Shown here: positions 27,956-37,288 of the stretch, one piece after another
How positions within the stretch are numbered: position 1 is the first letter of the stretch
Layout: each line of letters begins with the position of its first letter
Virus record (IMG/VR): IMGVR_UViG_3300034684_000096
Location: 1 to 64,000 of that record
Length of the DNA stretch: 64,000 nt
Source: a virus
Reading direction: 5' to 3' (one strand)
Program-made: the position numbers and the translations under genes
The notes under the pieces: generated by a model
Told to the model about the DNA's origin: nothing
Database searches by the model: none
The model's input: the letters and a program-made list of their open reading frames with translations, nothing else

Positions 27956-28576
27956 ATGAATATATTGGAAACTTTAGATGTAGGGCAAACAATTGCAAAG
28001 TACCATAAATTGGTAGGTATGCAAAGTATGTTAACTGCACAGAAAGAGAAGACAGAGCATGAGGTAGAAGCATTACGTGAACTCAGTTTAGCTATTGAAT
28101 CAGCAAGTACATTAATCCAAGATACTGCTAAAGAAACACAGGAAAAGATACGAGTTCATTTAAATAGTCTGGTTACTAAAGCATTGCAAGCGGTTTATCC
28201 AGAAGATATTCATTTCTTTGACTTGAAGTTTGTTTCCGAAAGAGGTCAAACAAGTATATATCCTACGTTAATTAAAGGTGAAAATGAGCTTGACCCACTA
28301 GATAATTCTGGAGGAATGGCGGAGATTATAGCATTTGCGTTACGTATTGCATTAATGACTATTGGTAAAAAAGCGAAGATATTAATTCTTGATGAACCTT
28401 TTACGGGAGTGTCTGCAATCCGAATTCCTTTAGTGCAAGATTTTCTTCAGGAGATATCTAAAGATTTAGGTATCCAAATATTAATTACTTCTCATATACC
28501 GGGGTTTACTTCAGATAATTGTAGGCTATTGGAAATTAGGAAAGAAGATGATGTGAGTGTAGTGACAATAAAGTAA
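27956..28576 (+). CDS. SbcC/Rad50-like ATPase, C-terminal half
   Basis: Coiled coil then NSGG signature, ILILDEP Walker B, ITSH H-loop. Confidence 0.85.
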   Translation: MNILETLDVGQTIAKYHKLVGMQSMLTAQKEKTEHEVEALRELSLAIESASTLIQDTAKETQEKIRVHLNSLVTKALQAVYPEDIHFFDLKFVSERGQTSIYPTLIKGENELDPLDNSGGMAEIIAFALRIALMTIGKKAKILILDEPFTGVSAIRIPLVQDFLQEISKDLGIQILITSHIPGFTSDNCRLLEIRKEDDVSVVTIK

Positions 28577-28585
28577 GAGGGGTAC

Positions 28586-29230
28586 ATGCAATATACGATT
28601 GAGCAATTAAGTAAACTACTGAATAGAAGACCACGTACATTATATCGTATGCATGTAGAACATGGTATTGGTACACTTGGAGAGGTCGCTGAAGGAAGAA
28701 GGTTAGTATTCACTGAAGAAGAATATGCATATTTGGCTGATTTGTTTGCTGATAAATCTAGAGATAGGTTGTTAACTAATCAGACCGTTGCAGAGGTAAT
28801 TGATGTGCTGATGCAAACACCAATGACCGTATATGATTTGGCAAGGAAACTAAAAGTAAAGAAGAGTAGTATGCAAACACTTATTACTACAATGACCATA
28901 GAGTTTGAAGAGCTGGTAGAGAACTATAAAGGCATACTCTATTGGAAAGGGGCTTCTATGCCTGACATGGATGAAGGTGCAAGAATACGCCACGTATATA
29001 AATCTTACATTTCTGATAAAGTCATTAGATGGTACACATACTCTAATGTAGGTATAGGAAATGACCCCGGATATTTATATATCGCCACAGACAAATGTTT
29101 ATATGAAGAAGATGTTACTGGTAGATTAGCATATGAGCATGACATTATTCTTATTGGTGATACTAAGATAGAAGCATATGAAGATATTGGTAGAGAATTT
29201 AAAATAATTGGAGATATTTATGGAGAATAA
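28586..29230 (+). CDS. helix-turn-helix DNA-binding protein
   Basis: MerR-like start (YTIEQLSKLL...TLY) and a second HTH (MTVYDLARKLKV). Confidence 0.65.
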   Translation: MQYTIEQLSKLLNRRPRTLYRMHVEHGIGTLGEVAEGRRLVFTEEEYAYLADLFADKSRDRLLTNQTVAEVIDVLMQTPMTVYDLARKLKVKKSSMQTLITTMTIEFEELVENYKGILYWKGASMPDMDEGARIRHVYKSYISDKVIRWYTYSNVGIGNDPGYLYIATDKCLYEEDVTGRLAYEHDIILIGDTKIEAYEDIGREFKIIGDIYGE

Positions 29231-29579
29231 ACAAATTCCAAAGAGACTGGCTGTAGATTTTGATAACACATTGTTCCATGCAGTGAGTTTCCCAGAGATT
29301 TATAGTGTTACATGGATGAATAAGTTAGTACATATGTATGTGAGGCACATGAAGAAAAAGGGCTGGTATATTATCCTTAATACCTGTAGAGATGAAACGA
29401 AAGGATTGGATATTGCAAAACGAGCATGTGAAGCACACAGCATCCCTATTGATGCATATAATGAACAAGAACCTACTGCAGTAGAAGTATGGGGTCCAAC
29501 GAATAAGATTGCATGTGATAGAAGTATTGATGATACACAGGTAGGTTTTATTGGCTATCTGCTTCGGAAGTTCGGGTGA
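29220..29579 (+). CDS. HAD-superfamily hydrolase-like protein
   Basis: AVDFDNTL, ILNTCR, KI..D..IDD. Confidence 0.8.
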   Translation: MENKQIPKRLAVDFDNTLFHAVSFPEIYSVTWMNKLVHMYVRHMKKKGWYIILNTCRDETKGLDIAKRACEAHSIPIDAYNEQEPTAVEVWGPTNKIACDRSIDDTQVGFIGYLLRKFG

Positions 29580-29947
29580 TAACTATGGAGTTGACAAAAG
29601 AGAATATTGTAGCATTAGTCAAGCAGATTAATGAACGGCTCCCAGATAATACATTTGGTGCTTCTAAAGTATTACTCAACCCATATTTTGATAATGAAGA
29701 AGAAGAGGCACGTAGACTGGCTATTGAAGAAGAGATAAAGTTTGATTACGAGTCTACGATTGCTGATTATAAAGGATGGCTGAAGCGCTGTAGGTTTAGA
29801 AATAAACAGTATAAGAAGATGGAAGCCTTGATTGACGAATTAAAGCAAGAAGGCTTAATTGTTTCAAGTTCACCTCGTAATGAAAACGGGGTGGTTATCG
29901 GACCTAGATATTTTTATAAGGATTATAGCATTGATACAGAAATTTGA
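29576..29947 (+). CDS. hypothetical protein
   Basis: Stop-start overlap. Confidence 0.6.
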   Translation: MITMELTKENIVALVKQINERLPDNTFGASKVLLNPYFDNEEEEARRLAIEEEIKFDYESTIADYKGWLKRCRFRNKQYKKMEALIDELKQEGLIVSSSPRNENGVVIGPRYFYKDYSIDTEI

Positions 29948-30536
29948 AGTTGGTAAATGGTACCGATATTTAGGTAAAAACGTTTGGGTATTAGGAAGTT
30001 TACAGGCACGGGTATTGGATAAAAAACCTAGACAGTGTGTTGCAGTAGCTAAGAAAGGTAAGTTTGTAGGTTTGTCTAACATGCCTAAAAATCGAAAGCA
30101 GAAGGATGGCTTATGGAGCTATGGAGATAACTTAGAAGGTTGGCAAGAAATACCAGCATCAGTTATTGATGATATCCTGATATTTGATTGCCCTATATGC
30201 GGGAAGAAACCTATTGTAACGGATACTGGTGATGTGGGGACATTTAGTTTAAAACGTACTGCGAGAAAACAAACCTATTCTTGTTGTACACTCTTTACTT
30301 CAGGAGAATACCCTACTGCCAGTGAAGCATGGAATCAGGCTGTATTAAGAGTATATGATAATAAACTAGAGGTAGAAGACTTTGCATTGTTCTTGAAACA
30401 AGAGATAGAGCTAATGGAAGACAAAGAGATTAAAATGAGATGGACAAAGCAATTAGGCAAAGTCAATACATATTTGAGAACACACTATAGTACAGGAGAT
30501 ATCTATGGCAATAAACAGAAAGTCTTACAAAGGTGA
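29931..30536 (+). CDS. hypothetical protein with CPICG zinc motif (Lar-like segment)
   Basis: AAGGA RBS before TTG 29931; CPICGKKP...CC...AWN. Confidence 0.6.
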   Translation: MIQKFEVGKWYRYLGKNVWVLGSLQARVLDKKPRQCVAVAKKGKFVGLSNMPKNRKQKDGLWSYGDNLEGWQEIPASVIDDILIFDCPICGKKPIVTDTGDVGTFSLKRTARKQTYSCCTLFTSGEYPTASEAWNQAVLRVYDNKLEVEDFALFLKQEIELMEDKEIKMRWTKQLGKVNTYLRTHYSTGDIYGNKQKVLQR

Positions 30537-30717
30537 AGTAGTATGCAAATGTGGAACTACCATGAAGGCTGTAGGCTGGTCTGAGCATGAAGGGCATATT
30601 TGGATTTGTTCCTCTTGTGGTAAGAAGAAGTTTGAATTCCATCCAAATAAGATAATCTATTCAGATACCAGTGCGCCACGAGGGAGGAAGAAACGTGCGA
30701 AAAAAGAAGCCATGTGA
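30505..30717 (+). CDS. small zinc-ribbon protein
   Basis: CKCG...CSSCG; AGGAG RBS. Confidence 0.7.
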   Translation: MAINRKSYKGEVVCKCGTTMKAVGWSEHEGHIWICSSCGKKKFEFHPNKIIYSDTSAPRGRKKRAKKEAM

Positions 30718-30931
30718 GTATTGTAAAGAATGGACTACTTATGATGACAGGAACTATCTACATGAGGATGAATATCTATCGGTATTTATAGACCATATGA
30801 AGAATTCGTTAACTATTATCTACGGAAGTAATGATATAGATGAGGATATTGAAATTAGTTACTGTCCAATGTGTGGAAGGAAACTAGAAGACAGCATAGA
30901 CGATAAAGCACAATTGATGCTTAATTTATAA
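30695..30931 (+). CDS. small zinc-binding protein
   Basis: CEYC...YCPMCGRKL. Confidence 0.7.
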   Translation: MRKKKPCEYCKEWTTYDDRNYLHEDEYLSVFIDHMKNSLTIIYGSNDIDEDIEISYCPMCGRKLEDSIDDKAQLMLNL

Positions 30932-30941
30932 GGAGAATTAT

Positions 30942-31238
30942 ATGAATGAATCAACGATAACCGGAAATATTACTACCGGAAATATTACTACCGGAAATAT
31001 TACTACTGGGTATACAAACAGAAAGCCAGAGCCGACAATTACTGTAGCTGGAAGAGTATTTACCTTTGATGAAGCTATTGAGCTATATGAGGCATTAAAG
31101 AAACTCTTTGCTCGTGGAACCCCTACGTATACATGGACTAGTACTTCATTACCGTATGACTATGAAGATTTACTGAAGATGGTCGATGATACAGGAACTA
31201 AAGACTGGGGGTTTACACAAAAGTATAATAAAGGTTAA
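30942..31238 (+). CDS. hypothetical protein with TGNIT repeats
   Basis: AAGGAG RBS. Confidence 0.65.
   Translation: MNESTITGNITTGNITTGNITTGYTNRKPEPTITVAGRVFTFDEAIELYEALKKLFARGTPTYTWTSTSLPYDYEDLLKMVDDTGTKDWGFTQKYNKG
30960..31004 (+). repeat. perfect 15-bp tandem repeat x3
   Basis: ACCGGAAATATTACT at 30960, 30975, 30990. Confidence 0.95.
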
Positions 31239-31247
31239 ATCCCGGAC

Positions 31248-31299
31248 TTGACAAAGGCTACTCCTTCATGCTATTATACACTATAATTATGGAGGAGTA
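31248..31299 (+). promoter_or_regulatory. promoter plus RBS-sequestering hairpin upstream of terminase small subunit
   Basis: TTGACA 31248, TG-C-TATTAT 31272; TACTCCTTCATG (31259-31270) can pair with TATGGAGGAGTA (31288-31299). Confidence 0.65.
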
Positions 31300-31304
31300 T
31301 TTTT

Positions 31305-32000
31305 ATGGCCGGAAATGACTTGATTAGTGTTGATGTAGAAGAATTAGCAGACTTAGAGTTAACTGGACAGGAGCTACGTTTTGTGATGGCTTATTTATCC
31401 CCACAGTGTAACTTTGATTCAAAGAAAGCTTTACGTGTTGTTACCCCTGATGATGAGTTTATGTCATTAAAGAAAGCTACATTCTATGCACGAGCTAGGG
31501 CAATGATGAATAAGCAACCTGTCAAAGATGCAATCAGTCGGTTGTTATCAAAAGAAGTTGAACAAAAGAAAAATGAAATAATGCCTGTATTGGTTGATAA
31601 TTTATTGTTAGCTGCAACGTATGACCCTGCAGAAATTATTGATGATGATGGTGATTTTAGGTACGGTGATTTAAAGTCTGTACCTCTGAAACTACGCCAG
31701 ACGGCAATAGAAGGTGTGAGTGTAAAGTACTGGGGTAAAGAATGTAATGTGAGGACAAGAGAAGTGAAATTGGCTTCAAAGTCCAAAGCACGTAGTGATT
31801 TATTAAATATCATGAAATTTTATGCTCAGTTGGATAATCAACAGGAAGAAGATAAGACACCACATTTTACATTAAATATTGGTAGTGCAAATATAGAAGG
31901 AATGCCTTCTGCTAAGGATTTATTTTCCATGGCAAATGATATGGAAAATGACGTAGAAGATATTATGGAGGAAGAGGAAGAAGATGATAGCGAAGTTTGA
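31305..32000 (+). CDS. terminase small subunit
   Basis: LT.QELRFVMAYL...A..MM....VKDAI, A.YDPAEIIDDDG...AIEG...EVKL.SK.KA pattern. Confidence 0.75.
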   Translation: MAGNDLISVDVEELADLELTGQELRFVMAYLSPQCNFDSKKALRVVTPDDEFMSLKKATFYARARAMMNKQPVKDAISRLLSKEVEQKKNEIMPVLVDNLLLAATYDPAEIIDDDGDFRYGDLKSVPLKLRQTAIEGVSVKYWGKECNVRTREVKLASKSKARSDLLNIMKFYAQLDNQQEEDKTPHFTLNIGSANIEGMPSAKDLFSMANDMENDVEDIMEEEEEDDSEV

Positions 32001-32268
32001 GGGTTATGATGAAGAAGGTAAACAAATTCAACATGGAGTTGATTCATTTACCAAGTATACTATCTATAGAAATATAGAGTTAGATGAAGTGGGAGATACA
32101 CCAGATATTATTTTATATAGTTCTAAATTAGCAAATGATGAATTATGTAATCTAGTGTATTTCGATGACAAAGATGATAATTTAATAGCATTGGTTCAAT
32201 CAAGTAGCGTATGTTACTTAATGGATGACAATGGGAAAACATTTGAAGTAGTGAGGATGAAGAAATGA
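31984..32268 (+). CDS. hypothetical protein
   Basis: C-terminal YLMDDNGKTFE motif. Confidence 0.7.
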   Translation: MIAKFEGYDEEGKQIQHGVDSFTKYTIYRNIELDEVGDTPDIILYSSKLANDELCNLVYFDDKDDNLIALVQSSSVCYLMDDNGKTFEVVRMKK

Positions 32269-32786
32269 AAGGAAAATTAATGATTATGTTACTTCTTATC
32301 GGAAGTATTCTATTTGGTGCTCCAGTAATACGGGATAGTAAATCTTTTAATATAGAACTTACTATAAACCCTGTACATGAAGTAAAGATATTGGAAGCAG
32401 TGCCTACTAATGTAGGAGCTTTTAATTTAGCTACCACTATTACTAACCATGGTTTTACAGAGTCAGCGACAACAGTTAGTACTTATTATATGGTAGTTAA
32501 AACAAATAATAAGAGTGCGGTTAATATTGATGTGGTAGTGGAGAATATGAAGAGTACTGGTATTGATACACAGATTGCCTATACAATCAGTGCTGGGGCT
32601 ATTGATATTACCTCTGCTGATACTGCGGTCACAGGGACTTTGTTTACGGAAGTAATACCTTTAGCTAGCAATGGTATGAGGATTGTCTCACAGCCTTTTA
32701 CGATAGCACTGGATGACTCTAATGTTAATGATGCAACCTCTGCTACGTATACAAGCGATATTATATTTAAACTGATGGCTCCTTGA
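32265..32786 (+). CDS. secreted beta-rich protein (host-like moron)
   Basis: Signal peptide MKGKLMIMLLLIGSILFGA; C-terminal ATYTSDIIFKL strand. Confidence 0.7.
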   Translation: MKGKLMIMLLLIGSILFGAPVIRDSKSFNIELTINPVHEVKILEAVPTNVGAFNLATTITNHGFTESATTVSTYYMVVKTNNKSAVNIDVVVENMKSTGIDTQIAYTISAGAIDITSADTAVTGTLFTEVIPLASNGMRIVSQPFTIALDDSNVNDATSATYTSDIIFKLMAP

Positions 32787-32800
32787 TACTATATAGATAC

Positions 32801-32838
32801 AAAAATAACCCACCTTGAAAAAGGTGGGTTTTCTTATT
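32801..32838. terminator. bidirectional intrinsic terminator
   Basis: AACCCACCTT-GAAA-AAGGTGGGTT between convergent arms. Confidence 0.9.
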
Positions 32839-33261
32839 TTACAATAGTTTTAAATCTTTTGTTATAGGGTCTATCCTCTCAGAAGCATCTGGACCAATTG
32901 CAATACAGGTAATGGTCTTTACTCCTCCAAATTCAGTCCATCCATTATCCTCAATCAACGCTACCGGAAGTCCAGCTTCTTCTGCTTTGCTTTTAATTTC
33001 CAATAGTTCCTCTAATGAATTAACCCCTAGCACAATTTTAGTAAAATCTCCCTCAATCCATTCTACCATTTCTTTCGTTACATTTTCTATCTCATAACTA
33101 ATGACTTCAGTAGTGTCATCTCCTATTGAAGAAAAAGGATAACTTACTGACTGCTTCATTCTATCAAAGAATATCTTCATGGAAGCGTGAGCTGACTGAG
33201 AACAGGCTTTTCCTTTTCTCATGTTTAAATCTTTTCTCATTACAATAACTTGTTTAATCAT
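32839..33261 (-). CDS. peptidyl-tRNA hydrolase Pth2 family
   Basis: KQVIVMRKDLNMRKGK.CSQ.AHAS, KIVL, D.G.TE, T.IAIGP, ID.IT..LKLL. Confidence 0.92.
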   Translation of the reverse strand: MIKQVIVMRKDLNMRKGKACSQSAHASMKIFFDRMKQSVSYPFSSIGDDTTEVISYEIENVTKEMVEWIEGDFTKIVLGVNSLEELLEIKSKAEEAGLPVALIEDNGWTEFGGVKTITCIAIGPDASERIDPITKDLKLL

Positions 33262-33271
33262 TTAATGCTCC

Positions 33272-33646
33272 TTATCGGTTATACCACAAAATATACTTTG
33301 CATTCTTTGGCTTTTCACCCTCATAATTTGAAGGATAGTACCTTCTCTTTATAATGTTGTACTTTTCATCAAGAATATCCCCATAGCCGTCATCATCAGT
33401 AAACCCTCCTCCGTCCACACATTTTACCCAAAATTCAAAAAGCATGAGACTCCCAATATCTCCATTTATTTTATGGTCTATCCAATTATCAGGGTAATTA
33501 TCTTCAATCCAAGCTTCTGCCTCTTCATTACAAGAGAATACCTTTTTAGTAGGGGAACCTTGCTTATACATGTAGTTGATAGTACACGTAAGGTCTTTCC
33601 TTATTTCAATTACAAAATATTCTACAACTAGGTTATTCTTTTCCAT
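33272..33646 (-). CDS. hypothetical protein
   Basis: GGFTDDDGYG...ILWYNR motif. Confidence 0.65.
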   Translation of the reverse strand: MEKNNLVVEYFVIEIRKDLTCTINYMYKQGSPTKKVFSCNEEAEAWIEDNYPDNWIDHKINGDIGSLMLFEFWVKCVDGGGFTDDDGYGDILDEKYNIIKRRYYPSNYEGEKPKNAKYILWYNR

Positions 33647-33986
33647 CTATAATCTCCCTCATAGTCTCATCTAACTCTTCACTATCCATATCCATAGCTT
33701 CCGCAGTTACTTGCTCACTGAAAGCTAACTGCAAATCTGGACTCTTCCTTACTTCATTTCTCACCTTAGCCCATACCTTCTTCCAGTAATCATTCCCTTC
33801 ATCTGTATTAGACCATTCAAACGAATACATCAGCAACCAATCTGGATTCAATGTATTCGTATCTGGAATAGCATAGTGAGCTTTTCTTGAATTATCTCCT
33901 ATTACTCTCTTATTTTTAAGAGCTGATGCATAGTGCGCCAACTCCTCCTCATCCAATATATCTAGTAGCATTTCAATATTTGTCAT
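33633..33986 (-). CDS. hypothetical protein
   Basis: FEW..TDEG..YW motif shared with 57703-58182. Confidence 0.7.
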   Translation of the reverse strand: MTNIEMLLDILDEEELAHYASALKNKRVIGDNSRKAHYAIPDTNTLNPDWLLMYSFEWSNTDEGNDYWKKVWAKVRNEVRKSPDLQLAFSEQVTAEAMDMDSEELDETMREIIDGKE

Positions 33987-33996
33987 TTATACTTCC

Positions 33997-34200
33997 TTAT
34001 ACTAAGTTAATAAAGTCTTCAACCCTCTTTTCTTCTATGTCATATTCAGTACTTACAATGTATTTAGAGATAAGTACTACTACATTCTCACCCACTACCT
34101 TGTGTTCATTATCATCATTACTAATTCCTAACCATGAACCATCAGTATAATCCACTCTCCAGAATTTACCAAATACTTTCACCATGTCATTCCGTTTCAT
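33997..34200 (-). CDS. hypothetical protein
   Basis: AAGGAG RBS. Confidence 0.6.
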   Translation of the reverse strand: MKRNDMVKVFGKFWRVDYTDGSWLGISNDDNEHKVVGENVVVLISKYIVSTEYDIEEKRVEDFINLV

Positions 34201-34489
34201 TTGTCACTCCTTTTTTCATTAATGGTACATACATCCAAGCAATTACGTCACACCTATGTACAAAATCAACCCACGCTTCTTGTGTACCAAGAAAATATGG
34301 ACTTGTTTCATCATATGTTTCTATCCTATTTTCGTTAATCCAGCATTTGTATAAAATCCATCCATTCTTCTTTGGCTTCTCACTCACTGGTTTCCACATA
34401 AGTTGGGATTTTAAATTACTGTTTTCTTTCTTAAGCTCTAGTAGTTTTCGATAAAGACCCCAATAAGCATGTTTGTTTAATTCTTTCAT
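34187..34489 (-). CDS. DUF551-like hypothetical protein
   Basis: WKPVSEKP...VIAWM.VP. Confidence 0.65.
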   Translation of the reverse strand: MKELNKHAYWGLYRKLLELKKENSNLKSQLMWKPVSEKPKKNGWILYKCWINENRIETYDETSPYFLGTQEAWVDFVHRCDVIAWMYVPLMKKGVTNETE

Positions 34490-34499
34490 AATTATTTCC

Positions 34500-34730
34500 C
34501 TACCAAATACTATAACCGCTATCATCAAACGCAGTATACAGTGTTATTACTAATGCACCAAGTAAAACCGGTATTGCGAGCACTGCTAACACTTTTGGGA
34601 ACAGTGCTCCTAAAAACCCCATACCACAAAGGATAAGTATCGTTATTATAGCTTTCACTAATGCAACTTTATTAATCATCCCAATTTCTCTACGAATCGC
34701 ATCCATTATTTTATGCTTATTGTCCATCAT
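34500..34730 (-). CDS. small membrane protein
   Basis: Two hydrophobic helices; GGAGG RBS. Confidence 0.65.
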   Translation of the reverse strand: MMDNKHKIMDAIRREIGMINKVALVKAIITILILCGMGFLGALFPKVLAVLAIPVLLGALVITLYTAFDDSGYSIW

Positions 34731-34737
34731 AACCTCC

Positions 34738-36069
34738 TTATGCAGTCACAAAATCCATTACATTATTTCTCATAAACTCTACCGCTTCATCATTTACTAC
34801 AATATCCCTATTAGTAATATTCCTCGATAGCCCAATGCCTTCTAAGGTAGTACACCGAGATAGAGCGAGATAGACTCCAGACTCTGGAACCCAGCTTGCC
34901 GTTAAATCAACGTATAATGCATCAAGGGTCAATCCCTGACTCTTATGAAAAGTCACAGCATATGCAGGTTTACAGGCAATTTGCGTGAATGTACCAATAA
35001 CCATGTGGTCTATTCTTCCACTGTTTTCATTGTAGGAAAAGGCGTATTCTTTCCATGTTGCTTTTCCAACACTTACATGAGTGTTATTCTTTGTTACAAT
35101 CTGTACAGAATCTTCCGACATGCTCTCTACTACACCAAGTGTACCATTCTGGTACCCACCGGACTTATTATTCGCTGTACACATAACCTGTTGCCCTACA
35201 GACAGAGATATATGTGACTCCAGATGTGGATATTTAGACAAATGGAATTCATCTTCAATACGTGCTCTATAATGTTTCTTCATCTTAAACTTAGGGTCAG
35301 AGCAATACTTCTCATTCAGACGATTAACCACAGCATTAGTAGAAGCTAGGTACAGAAGTACGGGGTGTTTCTCCATATGATTATCGGCTTTCAATACTCG
35401 TGTATTCACTAACTTTAAATCCCTTGAGGTTTGCATCCCAACTCTGATTCTGAACAATGCGTCCTTAAATGCTTCATCTTCCTGTCTATATACTTGGTCT
35501 AAGTGTATAGTTTTAAAGCCCATCTTTTTATACAGATTAGCATTGAAGAAGAAGTACTTGCCATTATACATACGTTCAAAATAAGCATGTTCTTCACTAT
35601 AGCGTTTAGGAGCTACAGGAGGAAGTTGAAAAATATCTCCAAATAGAATAAGTCTTGGTCTTCGTGTCTTAGGAGCATTGATAATGATGCTCAAGATATA
35701 ATCCATTAATGAAGCATTTACCATGGATACCTCATCAATAAGGATTACTTTCGCATTGAGTAACATAGCTCGTGTCTTACTTGTGACTTTCAACCCAGCA
35801 TAAATATCCAGTGGAGGTATCGTTAACGCCGAATGGATGGTAGTGGCTGGAATATCATCTTGTACCAAGTTTGATGCACTAATTCCCGTGCTACCCATTA
35901 CTAATACATTATCCAAATGGTCGTATGCCATTCTCAACATGATAGACTTCCCTACCCCACCCGGTCCCATGATAAACAAATTCTCATTCGTATTCAATAT
36001 CATATCTAATGCTTTCTCAAATATAGGGGAAGAGGTTTCTACCCAATCCCATTTCTCGTTTAATTCCAT
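34738..36069 (-). CDS. Pif1/RecD-like SF1B helicase
   Basis: GPGGVGKS, DEVSM, GDIFQLPPV, YRQ, AYAVTFHKSQGLT, YLALSR. Confidence 0.92.
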   Translation of the reverse strand: MELNEKWDWVETSSPIFEKALDMILNTNENLFIMGPGGVGKSIMLRMAYDHLDNVLVMGSTGISASNLVQDDIPATTIHSALTIPPLDIYAGLKVTSKTRAMLLNAKVILIDEVSMVNASLMDYILSIIINAPKTRRPRLILFGDIFQLPPVAPKRYSEEHAYFERMYNGKYFFFNANLYKKMGFKTIHLDQVYRQEDEAFKDALFRIRVGMQTSRDLKLVNTRVLKADNHMEKHPVLLYLASTNAVVNRLNEKYCSDPKFKMKKHYRARIEDEFHLSKYPHLESHISLSVGQQVMCTANNKSGGYQNGTLGVVESMSEDSVQIVTKNNTHVSVGKATWKEYAFSYNENSGRIDHMVIGTFTQIACKPAYAVTFHKSQGLTLDALYVDLTASWVPESGVYLALSRCTTLEGIGLSRNITNRDIVVNDEAVEFMRNNVMDFVTA

Positions 36070-36154
36070 TATTCTCTCCTCTATATGTATATCATATCAT
36101 GGAATACAAAAAATGTCAAGAACTATTGCTCTTAACATTTAATTTATTTCATAC

Positions 36155-36484
36155 TTATTCATATCCTTCTATATGCATAAACTTTCCTTTTTGTACACCA
36201 ATACCATAGGGTAGCTCCTTCGCATAATAGTGCAATTCTGTTTCAGCAATGCAATTAAATCTCTTTACTATCCCATCTTCATCAGTTACAGTAATAGGTG
36301 TATCAAACACCTCACCGTCATACACCGGACGGTCATACTCATTCCATTCTTCTGCATACCTCTCCACTACATCTTTAAAATCTTTCCCCCACATGACAGT
36401 TTCGTCTCCACCATCAGTAATAGTAAATTTTTCACATGTATGAAATTTAGTCATACACTTATAGCACCTAGGGCAATAATCCAT
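36155..36484 (-). CDS. hypothetical protein
   Basis: AAGGAG RBS before MDYCPRC. Confidence 0.65.
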   Translation of the reverse strand: MDYCPRCYKCMTKFHTCEKFTITDGGDETVMWGKDFKDVVERYAEEWNEYDRPVYDGEVFDTPITVTDEDGIVKRFNCIAETELHYYAKELPYGIGVQKGKFMHIEGYE

Positions 36485-36495
36485 ATCTTTCTCCT

Positions 36496-37284
36496 TTAAT
36501 TTACAAAATACACTGGGTATTCTGCTTGCCAAGTACCCGGAACTGGAATCATTCTATTCTTATTTATCACAACTTCCTTATACAACACTTCACGTTCCTC
36601 TAATTGATTCTCCAGTGAGGTTACAAGCTTCAGAGGGTCAAAATTAATATCTTTATAGCTTACTAGTACATGGAATCCAGATTTGGTAGATACAATCTTA
36701 TAATCAGTAATAGAGTAATCTAGCATAACACTATCAATACCTAATTCAGTAAACATGTTCACAGTGTTATTCTTGGTCACTAAGTCTATATCAATATCTA
36801 GATACAATCCTTTCGCATGTGCTTGCTGATAACATGTTAGTAAATTATTGTCAATCTTATTCAATCTACGAATGAAGTTTTCCCCATTACTTCCTCCAGT
36901 AGCTATTGCAATAGCTTCTGTCTGGTATTCTCCTATTAACTTCATAAACGCCTGTAGTGCTTTCGTAGTGCTTGACGGGTCAATATTTGAATAACACACC
37001 ATACACTTTTGTGGAATTTCTTCTCCGGTCCTTGTGGTGTATCCTCGTTCATCACATTCTAACCGTCTGATATGCTTAACAAACTCATCTTCACTATCGT
37101 GCCTTACAATAGTCTTAGCATACATTTCTGTTCTTCCTAAGTCATACTTCTTTCTCTCATCGTCATTCAGATATTTATTCCTTGCTGACATGGAAAGAAA
37201 ATATACTTCAGTAGGTTTTAGTCTAGGTAAACACTCTCTGTAAAATCTTCTTACCTGTTCTTCATCATGAATTATCTTATACAT
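36496..37284 (-). CDS. putative archaeo-eukaryotic primase/Prim-Pol-like protein
   Basis: LDIDID, STKSGFHVL, MIPVPGT match AEP motifs. Confidence 0.55.
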   Translation of the reverse strand: MYKIIHDEEQVRRFYRECLPRLKPTEVYFLSMSARNKYLNDDERKKYDLGRTEMYAKTIVRHDSEDEFVKHIRRLECDERGYTTRTGEEIPQKCMVCYSNIDPSSTTKALQAFMKLIGEYQTEAIAIATGGSNGENFIRRLNKIDNNLLTCYQQAHAKGLYLDIDIDLVTKNNTVNMFTELGIDSVMLDYSITDYKIVSTKSGFHVLVSYKDINFDPLKLVTSLENQLEEREVLYKEVVINKNRMIPVPGTWQAEYPVYFVN

Positions 37285-37288
37285 TATC

